Source: Nitrospirota bacterium (lineage in GTDB: Bacteria; Nitrospirota; Thermodesulfovibrionia; Thermodesulfovibrionales; JdFR-86). Taken from it: a stretch of DNA of 64,000 nt. Numbering within the stretch: position 1 is the first letter of the stretch; every line of letters starts with the position of its first letter. The notes under the pieces were generated by a model. It saw nothing but the letters and a program-made list of their open reading frames with translations. It had not been told where the DNA came from and ran no database searches. The translations under genes and the position numbers were made by a program. This document shows, in pieces, positions 9,053-17,700 of this stretch. Where the stretch lies: positions 352,001 through 416,000 of the forward strand of contig CAVRJY010000002.1 in NCBI GenBank assembly GCA_963721805.1. Direction: 5' to 3'.

Positions 9053-10718
9053 ATGCAAAAGATCCGCGTACTGCCAGATATCGTCCGAAGCCAGATTGCG
9101 GCCGGAGAGGTCGTCGAGCGCCCGGCATCGGTCCTAAGAGAGCTGATCGAAAACTCGATAGACGCCGGGGCCGGCGTCGGTCGAGGTCGCGGTCGAGCGC
9201 GCCGGGGTCAAGCTGATGCACGTCTCTGACGACGGAGCGGGCATGGGCCGCGAGGACGCGCTTTTGTGCATCGAGCGCCATGCGACCAGCAAGCTCCGGG
9301 CCGAGGAGGACCTGCATGAGATACGCAGCATGGGCTTTCGGGGCGAGGCGCTGCCCTCGATAGCCTCGGTCTCGCGGCTGACGCTCACGACCGCCTTGAA
9401 AGGCTCGCCGTCCGGGACGCGGGTCACGGTCGAGGGAGGCGAGATCAAGGATGTCCGGGACGCCGCGTCCTCCGGCACTACCGTGGAGGTCAGGGACCTG
9501 TTTTTCAATACCCCCGCCCGCAGGAAGTTCCTCAAGAGCCCCGCGACAGAGCTTACGCATATCATCGATACCGCGACGAGGCTCGCGCTGTCGCACCCGG
9601 CGGTCGGCCTCAGTCTCACGGTGGACGGGCAGCTCACGGTCGAGCTTCCGCGCGCGGCATCGCTGGCCGAGCGGTTAAGCCAGGTCTACGGGGGCGAGTT
9701 TATGGACGGTCTCGTGGAACTCGGCTGCGGGGATGAATCCCTCGGCTGCGTGGCGTTCGTCTCCAGGCCCGACAGCCTCCGGGACCGGCGCACGCACCAG
9801 TTCGTGTTCGTCAACCAGCGCCCTGTGCGCGACCCCTCGATAGCCCATGCGGTATACAGCGGGTTTGAGGGCATGCTCCCGCGCGACAAGCACCCGGTCT
9901 TCTTCCTGTTTCTTTCGCTGCACCCGCGGGGAGTGGACTTCAACGTCCACCCGGCCAAGCGCGAGGTGCGGTTCGCGGACAAGGACGCGGTCTACCGAAT
10001 GGTCGCCAGATGCGTGCGGGGCTCGTTCATACCTACAGAGGCCGCGCAGGACCCGCATGCTGTACGCGAGCCGTTAGCGGGTTTTCAGGCTGCGGCTGGG
10101 ATGTTCGCATCAGGGCCGGTCACGGCATCGATCCCGTTTGAGGCGCTAACGAGTGAGCCGGGCCGCGAGTTCATGTACCTCGGCGAGATGTTCGTCGCAT
10201 ACGTCACGGAAGGCGGGGGGCTTACGATAATGGACCACCACGCCGCGCACGAGCGCGTGCTCTACGAGCGGCTGCTCGAGGGCGTGAGCCTCGAGAACCG
10301 GAGGCTCCTGTTCCCGCGTCAGCTGAGGCTCAGCGCGCAGGAATACATGGTCGTGCTTAATCACCGCGAGGTGCTGGCTGAAATGGGCCTTGAGGTAGAG
10401 GACTTCGGCAGGGACACGGTGCTAGTGCGCGGTCTGCCGGGATTCATGGAGCATGCCGACATCAGGGGGATACTCTCGGAGGCCGCCTCGGCGATGGCAG
10501 AGGGCGAGCGCCCGGGCCGGAGCGTGCGCGAGGCCGTGGCGATGCGCATGGCCTGCCACGGCTCGGTGCGGGGCTCGGCGGTGCTCGGCCGCGAGGCCCT
10601 AAACGCCCTGCTTCGGGACTTGCGCGCCTGCCGCCAGCCGGAGTACTGCCCGCACGGCAGGCCTACGACGATCAGCTATACCATAGACGAACTCAAGAAG
10701 CTCTTTAAGAGGAAGTGA
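9053..10718 (+). CDS. mutL: DNA mismatch repair protein MutL with a +1 frameshift near 9165-9185
   Basis: ATG 9053 reads [39 protein letters not shown]. The sequence continues in the next frame (ORF 9216..10718) with [23 protein letters not shown] and CPHGRP. Confidence 0.88.
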
Positions 10719-10770
10719 TCCGGCTTTAAGACTTGACCACCCGCGCGGCAAAGTTCTATCCTTAACGACT

Positions 10771-12154
10771 ATGAAAAAGCCCTGGTCCGGACGATTTAAG
10801 GAATCCACCGCGCCCGCGGTCGAGGAGTTCACGGAATCCGTCTCATTCGATAGCCGGCTCTGGCCCTTTGACATACAGGGCAGCATCGCGCACGCGGGCA
10901 TGCTCGCAAGGCAGGGCATAATCTCGAAGCCCGAGGCCGCGAAGATCGTGCGCGGGCTTTCGGACATCGCCCACGACATAGACGCCGGCAAGTTCAAGTT
11001 CGACCCGGGCCTCGAGGACGTGCACATGAACATCGAGGCCGAACTCACTAGGCGCATCGGCGCGGCCGGGGGCAAGCTCCATACCGCGCGCAGCCGCAAC
11101 GATCAGGTCTGCCTCGACATGCGCCTGTATCTGCGCCACGAATGCCGCGAGATCACCTCGGCGCTAACCTCGCTGATGACGGTGCTCGTGCGCTGCTGCG
11201 GAGGCCGGGATAGATACGGTCATGCCCGGCTATACGCATACGCAGCGCGCGCAGCCGGTGCTGCTCGCCCACCACCTGCTGGCGTACGTCGAGATGTTCC
11301 TTAGAGACCGCGACAGGATTGAGGACGGCCTTAAGCGCATAAACGTCATGCCCTTGGGCGCCTGCGCGCTTGCCGGGACGAGCCTGCCTATCGACCGCAG
11401 ATATGTAGCGAAGGCGCTCGGGTTCGGCTCGGTCAGCCAAAACAGCATGGATGCGGTCTCGGACCGCGACTTCATGGTAGAGTTCCTCTCGGTCGCGAGC
11501 ATCATAATGATGCACCTCTCGCGCCTGAGCGAGGAGATGGTGCTCTGGAACTCCGAGGAGTTCGGGTTCGTAACGCTTCCCGACGCCTTTGCGACCGGAT
11601 CGAGCATCATGCCCCAAAAGAAAAACCCGGACGTCCCGGAGCTCGTGCGCGGCAAGACAGGCCGGGTATACGGCGACCTCGTGGCGCTCCTTACGATCAT
11701 GAAGGCCCTGCCGCTGGCTTATAACCGCGACATGCAGGAGGACAAGCCCCCCGTATTCGACGCCGTCGATACCGTGAAGGCATCGCTGCGCGTGATGGCC
11801 GAGATGCTCGCACGCGTGAGGTTCAACCGCGCTCGCATGGCCGATACCGCGTCCAAGGGATACTCGACCGCGACCGACGTGGCGGAGTACCTCGTGCGCA
11901 AGGGCATGCCATTCAGGGACGCCCACGAGGTCACGGGGAAGATCGTGGCGCATGCCATCGCCTCTGGCAAGGAGCTTGCCGGGCTTACGCTTAAGGATTA
12001 CCAGGGGTTTTCGCGCCTGTTTAAAAAAGACGTGCTTCAGGCCGTGAGCGTCGCGGCCTCGGTCGATTCGAGGGCATCGGAGGGCGGCACCTCGCCCCGA
12101 GCGGTCACGAAGCGCCTGGCCGAGATCAAGACCGTGCTGGGCATCAGGAAATGA
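10771..12154 (+). CDS. argH: Argininosuccinate lyase with a +1 frameshift near 11188-11203
   Basis: The N-terminal half ([24 protein letters not shown]) is in ORF 10771. The C-terminal half ([24 protein letters not shown]) is in ORF 11222. Confidence 0.9.
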
Positions 12155-13107
12155 ACCGACGCCTGCTATGGGCGCTGCTGCTGTGCGCGGCGCTCGCGTT
12201 TACGTCATGCGGGAAAAAATCAGCGCCCCGCTTAGTGGTGCCGATCAAGCCCGGCCCGCCCGCGAACCTCACCGCGATCCGCCGTACGGGCGAGGTGATG
12301 CTGTTTTGGGACAAGAGGGGCAGCGCCGCGAGCTTTGAGATATACCGCATGGCGGCCGACGGAAGCGTGAAGACCGGCCTGACCAACGCGACGCGCTACA
12401 CGGATTCGACCCCGGAGGACGCCGGCGGATTCGTATACACCGTGCTGGCGATATCCGGCGAGGGCGTGAACTCGGAGCTCTCCGCCCCGCTTGAGGTAGG
12501 CCCGCTGCCGCCTATGTACGCGCCCGATCCGTTTAACGCCGAGATCACGAACGAGGGCGTGAGGCTGCAATGGGGCTATGGCGGCCCGGCCTCGTTCAAC
12601 CTCTACCGCGAGCTGATCAACTCTCCGTTCGATACCGACCCCTATGCCGAGGGGATCGCAAACACCGTCTATGACGACCGGCCGAACCCGGCCGAGACCG
12701 TGAAATACGAGGTCCGCGCGGCATCATACGGCGCGGCCAACACGGTGCGCTACGAGGGCCCGTCCTCGTCCGATATATTCATCGCGCCCTCGGCCTACCG
12801 TCCGTCCGTGGCAAAAGATTTAAAGGCGCTCCGCAAGGACGGCGAGGTAGTGCTGCTATGGGACGAGAACCCCGAGCAGTGGATAACGGGCTACGAGATC
12901 CTGCGCGAGGGGAAGGGCTGGGCCGAGGACTTCGAGGTGATCGGCAGCTCATGGCCGCCCGCATTCACCGACCATACGCCGCCGCCGGGTGAGACCGCCT
13001 ACAGGGTCCGCGCTATCGGCCCGGGCGGGGCTGGTCCTCTCTCGGACATAGCCCGCGCGGAGGCAGCTCCGCCGCCGGACGCCACGCCTCCTGCGCCTGC
13101 TAAATAG
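12151..13107 (+). CDS. Predicted lipoprotein with fibronectin type III-like domains
   Basis: Lipobox-like LAFTSCGKK and repeated L-x-W / Y-x-V-x-A beta patterns. The start overlaps the argH stop (ATGA). Confidence 0.65.
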   Translation: MNRRLLWALLLCAALAFTSCGKKSAPRLVVPIKPGPPANLTAIRRTGEVMLFWDKRGSAASFEIYRMAADGSVKTGLTNATRYTDSTPEDAGGFVYTVLAISGEGVNSELSAPLEVGPLPPMYAPDPFNAEITNEGVRLQWGYGGPASFNLYRELINSPFDTDPYAEGIANTVYDDRPNPAETVKYEVRAASYGAANTVRYEGPSSSDIFIAPSAYRPSVAKDLKALRKDGEVVLLWDENPEQWITGYEILREGKGWAEDFEVIGSSWPPAFTDHTPPPGETAYRVRAIGPGGAGPLSDIARAEAAPPPDATPPAPAK

Positions 13108-13765
13108 CCTTGCCGAGGGACTTCTCCCTCGCGGCCAATAGCCAGTCCACCCATGCCCCGATGCCGTCTCCGGTCTTGGCCGAGACCTCGAATATCGCAA
13201 GGGCGGGATTCAGCGAGAGCGAGTCTTTCCTTATCACCGCCGGATCGGCGTCAACGTAAGGCCTGAGGTCCATCTTGTTGATCACTAGAGCCGAGGACTC
13301 CTGAAACATCAGCGGGTACTTAAGCGGCTTGTCGTGCCCTTCGGTCAGGCTCAGGAGCATCGCCTTGACGTGCTCGCCCACATTGAATTCGGCCGGGCAG
13401 ACGAGGTTGCCGACGTTCTCGATTATCAGCAGGTCGATCTCGTCAAGCGGGATGTCGCGCGCCGCGTCGCTGATCATATTGGCGTCGAGGTGACATGCCC
13501 CGCCGGTGTTGATCTGCACGACCGGCACCCCGAGGGCCTCGATCACCTCGGCGTCGTGAGTGCCCTGGATGTCGCCCTCGATCACGCCGACGCGGAGCCT
13601 GCCCTTGAGCGCGGCTATCGTGCGGCCGAGAAGCGTGGTCTTGCCCGCTCCGGGCGCGGACATCAGGTTGATTACGAACACACCCGCGTCCTCGAACGCC
13701 TTCTTGTTGTCTGCCGCGAGGCGGTCATTGGCCTGCAATATCTTCGATGCCACGCTGATCTTCAC
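13100..13765 (-). CDS. hypB: Hydrogenase nickel incorporation GTPase HypB
   Basis: APGAGKTT, VIEGD, TGGACHLDA, ENVGNLVCPAEF, KPLKYP. Confidence 0.95.
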   Translation of the reverse strand: MKISVASKILQANDRLAADNKKAFEDAGVFVINLMSAPGAGKTTLLGRTIAALKGRLRVGVIEGDIQGTHDAEVIEALGVPVVQINTGGACHLDANMISDAARDIPLDEIDLLIIENVGNLVCPAEFNVGEHVKAMLLSLTEGHDKPLKYPLMFQESSALVINKMDLRPYVDADPAVIRKDSLSLNPALAIFEVSAKTGDGIGAWVDWLLAAREKSLGKAI

Positions 13766-14110
13766 CTAATCCACCTCTATCTCGGAGACGTCGAGTTCGC
13801 GCCCGGTCTCGAACATGAAATTCCCGCCGCCGCACGCGGGGCAGGCCAGTATGAACTGCTCATCCGTGGTAAACGCGCCGCCGCAGTCGCGACAGGTGCC
13901 GCCCAGCGGGACCTCGATGATCGTGAGCACGGCCTCGCTCGCCGGGGTCTCGAGCTTCGCTATGTCGAATGCCATCCTGAGGGCCTCCGGCATCACGCCG
14001 CTTGCGGCCCCGACGCGGACCTCGACAGAACGAATCGCCGAGAACCCGGCCTTGCGGCAGTGGTCCCCGGCGATATCAAGGATGCTCATTGCGATTGAGG
14101 CCTCGTGCAT
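13766..14110 (-). CDS. hypA: Hydrogenase maturation nickel metallochaperone HypA
   Basis: MHEASIA start at 14110, CRDC and CPAC zinc motifs, GREL. Confidence 0.93.
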   Translation of the reverse strand: MHEASIAMSILDIAGDHCRKAGFSAIRSVEVRVGAASGVMPEALRMAFDIAKLETPASEAVLTIIEVPLGGTCRDCGGAFTTDEQFILACPACGGGNFMFETGRELDVSEIEVD

Positions 14111-14403
14111 CAGGCCTGGGTTTCTTTGGGTCCCTCGGACTTTTCGACCTCTCTCTTGTAGGCCTCCACGCCGGCCTCGACCGCAGAGGATATCGCGGAC
14201 TTGCGGTTGCCGACGTAGCACTTGCCGCGGTCATAGTACTCGGCCGCGCCGTCCTTCAGGTCGCCGCCCATCTCGCGTATGCGGGCGCGCGTCTCGGCAC
14301 CCGAGCTTGGCGCGTACAGGAGCGCTAAACCAGCCCCCACGAGCCCTCCTACCAGCATACCCACCATGAACGACCCGCCACTGCATCTCTCGCCGTTAGG
14401 CAT
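14110..14403 (-). CDS. YtxH-like protein
   Basis: GGLVGAGLALLYAPSSGAETR signature. Confidence 0.8.
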   Translation of the reverse strand: MPNGERCSGGSFMVGMLVGGLVGAGLALLYAPSSGAETRARIREMGGDLKDGAAEYYDRGKCYVGNRKSAISSAVEAGVEAYKREVEKSEGPKETQA

Positions 14404-14803
14404 TTTTATTTCCTCCTTTTCGGAATGCGATAATGGTCTTGATTACGTCGAATACCGCCAGTAGCCCGCTCTTAAATCCTCCGCCTCGCGACTCGAAACT
14501 CGATCCCAAGCTCCGAACCGAGTCCGTCACGTGTTTGATGTTCGATGCGGCGGCCGAGAGCGTTGAGGAAAGCGCGCGCGCGTCCTCGGTCACGGCGTTT
14601 ACCTTTTCGGTCACCTGCCGTATGTTGCGCAACGTGGTCTCGGCCTCGCTGAGCACGGACTTCGCGGCAGGCCCGGTCGTGTCGAGAAACTTCGAGACGT
14701 CCATCAGGGTCATCTTAAGCTGCATCAGGGCCGATACCGCATAGCCCACCAGCAGGGCCAGCAGCACGCACGATATCAGGGATACTATCTCTATAACGCT
14801 CAT
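14396..14803 (-). CDS. DUF948/YoxC-like membrane-anchored coiled-coil protein
   Basis: N-terminal TM segment plus helical region, paired with the YtxH-like gene. ATG 14803 lies 6 nt after an extended -10 (TGgTATAGT). Confidence 0.65.
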   Translation of the reverse strand: MSVIEIVSLISCVLLALLVGYAVSALMQLKMTLMDVSKFLDTTGPAAKSVLSEAETTLRNIRQVTEKVNAVTEDARALSSTLSAAASNIKHVTDSVRSLGSSFESRGGGFKSGLLAVFDVIKTIIAFRKGGNKNA

Positions 14804-14874
14804 CAGCAAACTATACCATAAGAAAGCCCGTTAGGCAACAGGTTAACGCTTCTTCTGCTGGCGGGATCTTTTTC

Positions 14875-14997
14875 AAAGCGCTCCAAATCGCTTGATACTG
14901 CGTTGGGCTTCAAAGACTCGCCCTCTATGTACGTCACAATACACCATCGGGCGGTCTTCTTGCCCTGCCTTGTCTGAAGACGATTTGGGCGCGCTTT
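14875..14997 (-). repeat. Structured ~123-bp hairpin repeat, copy A (associated GGTCAACGGCA at 15046-15056)
   Basis: Reverse complement reads AAAGCGCGCCCAAATCGTCTTCAGACAAGG...GTACATAGAGGGC...ACGCAGTATCAAGCGATTTGGAGCGCTTT, nearly identical to copy D. Confidence 0.92.
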
Positions 14998-15110
14998 CGG
15001 GGGGAAGAAGAAGGTGCCCATGGCACCGCCCCCCGCGCCCCACGAGGTCAACGGCATGATTAGCACCCCGCCCATGAAAGCGAGCGATATTGCGGCAGAC
15101 AAGGAACGCC

Positions 15111-16205
15111 CGCGGATTGTAATGTGAAGTGCAACACCTGTGAAAGAAAAAGCCCATCGTCATCCTGTTCTGTTAGAGTCAAGTACCAACCAGACGAAAC
15201 AGAGAGGGAGGGACGATGGGCTACAGTCATTTTAGCATTGATGAGCGGGAGGGCATCGCAAGGATGCGTTATGCGGGGGTGAGCATACGTGAGATCGGGC
15301 GCCAGCTTGGCCGCTCGCCATCGAGCGTGAGCCGGGAGCTGCGGCGCAACACGAAGAAGTCTTTCTATGGCGCGCACGCCGCAACCGTGCTCTATGTCCG
15401 CCGAAGGCATTTTGCGAGCAGACGCCTGAAGCGCTGGCCGGACGGCCTGATCGGCTATGCGATGGCGGGACTTTGCAGGCGTTGGTCGCCGGAGCAGGTG
15501 TCGGGCCGCCTTAAGCTTGACCATCCACATAGCACAGAGATGCGGATATCCTTTGCCACGCTATACAGATGGATACGGCAGGACAGGGCGATGGGGGGCT
15601 CGATGCATCGCATGCTGAGGCGTAAGGGAAGGAGCTACAGAAAAGCCCGGGGGCCTGAGACCAGGGGCCGGTTCAATGGGGCGTTGAGCATCAGGCAGCG
15701 CCCCGAGATCGTGGTCCGGAAGGGACGCTTCGGGGATTGGGAGGCGGATACCGTCTACGGGTTCGACGGGAAAACGTGCATCGCAACGTTTAACGAGCGC
15801 AAGAGCCTCTACCTTATATCGAGGAAGATGCCGAGGCCCGGCTCGGAGGCGTTGAGGGAGGCCGCCGTATCGGCGCTGGGAGGCCTGCGGCAGGGCATGC
15901 GTATGACCATGACCGTGGACAGGGGCAGCGAGTTTGCATGCTACAGGGACTTAAAATACATGATGGGGATCGACGTATACTTCGCCGACCCCTATTGCTC
16001 ATGGCAGCGCGGCCAGAACGAAAACCTCAACGGGCTGCTGCGGCAGTACTTTCCGAAGGGGATCGACTTCAACACAGTAACGCAGGAGCAGCTGGATCGC
16101 GTCGTTGATGAGATTAACAACAGACCAAGAAAAACGCTGGACTACAGGGCACCCGCCGAGGTTGCGGCAAATGCGCGCCTGTTGCACTTGGCTTGACAAT
16201 CCACT
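15111..16205 (+). mobile_element. IS30-family insertion sequence, copy 1 (1095 bp)
   Basis: 26-bp imperfect IRs: CGCGGATTGTAATGTGAAGTGCAACA and rc AGTGGATTGTCAAGCCAAGTGCAACA. Appears identical to 45059-46153. Confidence 0.93.
15216..16196 (+). CDS. IS30-family transposase
   Basis: N-terminal HTH (SIREIGRQLGRSPSSVSRELRRN), WSPEQ, GDWEADTV, DRGSEF, PYCSWQRGQNENLNGLLRQYFPKG, NNRPRK. Confidence 0.96.
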   Translation: MGYSHFSIDEREGIARMRYAGVSIREIGRQLGRSPSSVSRELRRNTKKSFYGAHAATVLYVRRRHFASRRLKRWPDGLIGYAMAGLCRRWSPEQVSGRLKLDHPHSTEMRISFATLYRWIRQDRAMGGSMHRMLRRKGRSYRKARGPETRGRFNGALSIRQRPEIVVRKGRFGDWEADTVYGFDGKTCIATFNERKSLYLISRKMPRPGSEALREAAVSALGGLRQGMRMTMTVDRGSEFACYRDLKYMMGIDVYFADPYCSWQRGQNENLNGLLRQYFPKGIDFNTVTQEQLDRVVDEINNRPRKTLDYRAPAEVAANARLLHLA

Positions 16206-16759
16206 GCGAGAAAAATGACCGGAGGCGTACTGAACGTACGTCGAGGACATTTTTCGAGGCAGAGACGCAGTATCCCGCAATTGCAGCCGCTTTCAGTTAT
16301 ATACATAGTTATCGCGCGTGCCCGCGCGCGCGCTTTTTTTTAGAGCGTTCAAATGAACAAACAAAACATGTTCTAACCCAGCGGAATTCATCGCTTTTTT
16401 CGGGCCTCCGTGTTCATGCGTTCAGAAACGTTTTTCGCGCGTACCACCGCCTCCGGCATCGCCTTCTGCATCTTCAAAATGAGCATATCAGCCTCATCAC
16501 ATATTGAAGCACATCGAAATGAAAAAAGCGATAACCTACTGTTTATATATAAACCGAAGTTGATAGAAAAAATTGATCGCCGTGCGTTTTCTACTAACTT
16601 TCGATTAACTATAGTTACTGACAGGAAAAATTATGGGAGTTACGCACTCCCACTAATGAACTAAAGCTGGTCGTCCCTTCGCTGGAGCGGCCCGTTTTGC
16701 AATTAAAGCCGTTGACCTTGGGGTGCGGGGTCCAGCGGCTGGGCCGCGTCTAACCCCGC

Positions 16760-16882
16760 AAAGCGCAGCCAAATCGTCTTCAGACTAGGAGCGGAGAGGA
16801 AAACGTCCGACGGTGTACTTGGGCGTACATCGAGGACGGATTTCCGAGCAGTGACGACGTATCAAGCGATTTGGGGCGCTTT
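16760..16882 (+). repeat. Hairpin repeat copy C (GCCGTTGACC at 16708-16717)
   Basis: AAAGCGCAGCCAAATCGTCTTCAGACTAGG...GTGTACTTGGGCGTACATCGAGG...ACGACGTATCAAGCGATTTGGGGCGCTTT. Confidence 0.92.
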
Positions 16883-16900
16883 CAAAAAAACTACCGGTAG

Positions 16901-17398
16901 CTACCGTTTAACTTCCTCCTCAAGCTTGTCCAGGCTCGAGTTCCAACCTGCTTCCATCCCGCTTTCCTCCATGGCTATGCGCGCGGCGGGCGATTCCGGA
17001 AGCTCGTATATGATCGAGAGCTTCGTCTTGTGGCCGTGGGCCTCGAACGTCACGGTTACGTGCATCTCGGCGGGGAAGTCAGGGCTTAACCCGTAGTCGG
17101 AGGCCCTCATCTTGTTGCCCTGGGCGTCCTTGAACATGTCCGTGACCTCTATCCGTTCGCCCGGGACGATTTCCCTGAAAAACCCACCGCTCCAGTATTC
17201 CTTGCCGTCAGGGCCGCGCATGGCGTAGAGGTATTCGCCGCCGACTCGCAGGTCGACCTTGGCTACAGGGCATGTAAACCCCTCGGGGCCCCACCAGTTC
17301 TTCAGGTGCTCGGGCTTGGTCCACGTGTCCCAGACCTTCTCGCGCGGCGCGTGTATGATCCTTTCGATAACGAACTCTTTCGCCTCGGTCGGCAGCAT
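16901..17398 (-). CDS. SRPBCC/AHSA1-like (START-fold) protein
   Basis: IERIIHAPREKVWDTWTKPEHLKNWWGP, DLRVGG, GWNSSLDKL. Likely start ATG 17398 after AGGAG. Confidence 0.88.
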   Translation of the reverse strand: MLPTEAKEFVIERIIHAPREKVWDTWTKPEHLKNWWGPEGFTCPVAKVDLRVGGEYLYAMRGPDGKEYWSGGFFREIVPGERIEVTDMFKDAQGNKMRASDYGLSPDFPAEMHVTVTFEAHGHKTKLSIIYELPESPAARIAMEESGMEAGWNSSLDKLEEEVKR

Positions 17399-17480
17399 CG
17401 GGATTCTCCTTTTCGGGTGGGTTGATATTGCTCTATGACCGATTATCTCACGGTAAGTTGCCGCGTGCAACCGCGATATT

Positions 17481-17518
17481 AAACAAAACGGGCCACCCCA
17501 TCGCCGGGGCGGCCCGTT
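17481..17518 (-). terminator. Probable intrinsic terminator downstream of aconitase and repeat D
   Basis: AACGGGCC...GGCCCGTT stem followed on the minus strand by TTGTTT. Confidence 0.5.
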
Positions 17519-17577
17519 CTGCAATTACTGCCTTTGACCTTGTGGGGCGCGGGGGGCTCTTTTATTCTCTCCCCCCG

Positions 17578-17700
17578 AAAGCGCGTCCAAATCGTCTTCA
17601 GACAAGGCAGGGCGAGAAGACCGCCCGATGGTGTACTTGGGCGTACATAGAGGGCGAGTCTTCGATGCCCAACGCAGTATCAAGCGATTTGGAGCGCTTT
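17578..17700 (+). repeat. Hairpin repeat copy D (TGCCTTTGACC at 17529-17539); overlaps the aconitase stop codon
   Basis: AAAGCGCGTCCAAATCGTCTTCAGACAAGGCAGGGCGAGAAGACCGCCCGATGGTGTACTTGGGCGTACATAGAGGGCGAGTCTTCGATGCCCAACGCAGTATCAAGCGATTTGGAGCGCTTT. Confidence 0.93.

Larger units (their letters stand above)
15077..16293 (+). repeat. Hairpin repeat copy B (divergent), split by IS30 after 15110
   Basis: Left arm AAAGCG...ATTGCGGCAGACAAGG (15077-15110) pairs with right arm ...ACGCAGTATCCCGCAAT...GCTTT (16206-16293). Confidence 0.85.

Noticed and set aside
9160..11205. Programmed ribosomal frameshifting or phase variation in mutL and argH
   Set aside because: No slippery heptamer or long homopolymer at either site. 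A single-base indel, by error or mutation, is simpler.
15046..15056. GTCAAC/GTTGACC motif as the end of an IS200/IS605 or HEARO/omegaRNA element
   Set aside because: No tnpA, tnpB or iscB ORF and no recognisable scaffold. A short motif match alone is insufficient.
14803..15102. Short ORFs sharing RWC(T/I)..YIEGES..PN.VSSDLERF (also 17422..17706 and 52066..53529)
   Set aside because: These are translations of the hairpin repeat. Starts and frames are not conserved across copies and variation follows base pairing rather than codons.
15060..15530. Antisense ORFs in IS30 (also 45023..45478)
   Set aside because: They extend beyond the IS end into different flanks and have no recognisable motif. 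They are shadows of the transposase.
16193..16664. ORFs in the AT-rich interior of the composite element
   Set aside because: Atypical composition, no RBS, and no matching ORF in the homologous locus at 53.5 kb.
14875..17700. Hairpins as integron attC sites
   Set aside because: There are no RYYYAAC/GTTRRRY boxes at the hairpin ends and no integron integrase in the window, and most adjacent genes are core genes. Only the analogy is retained.
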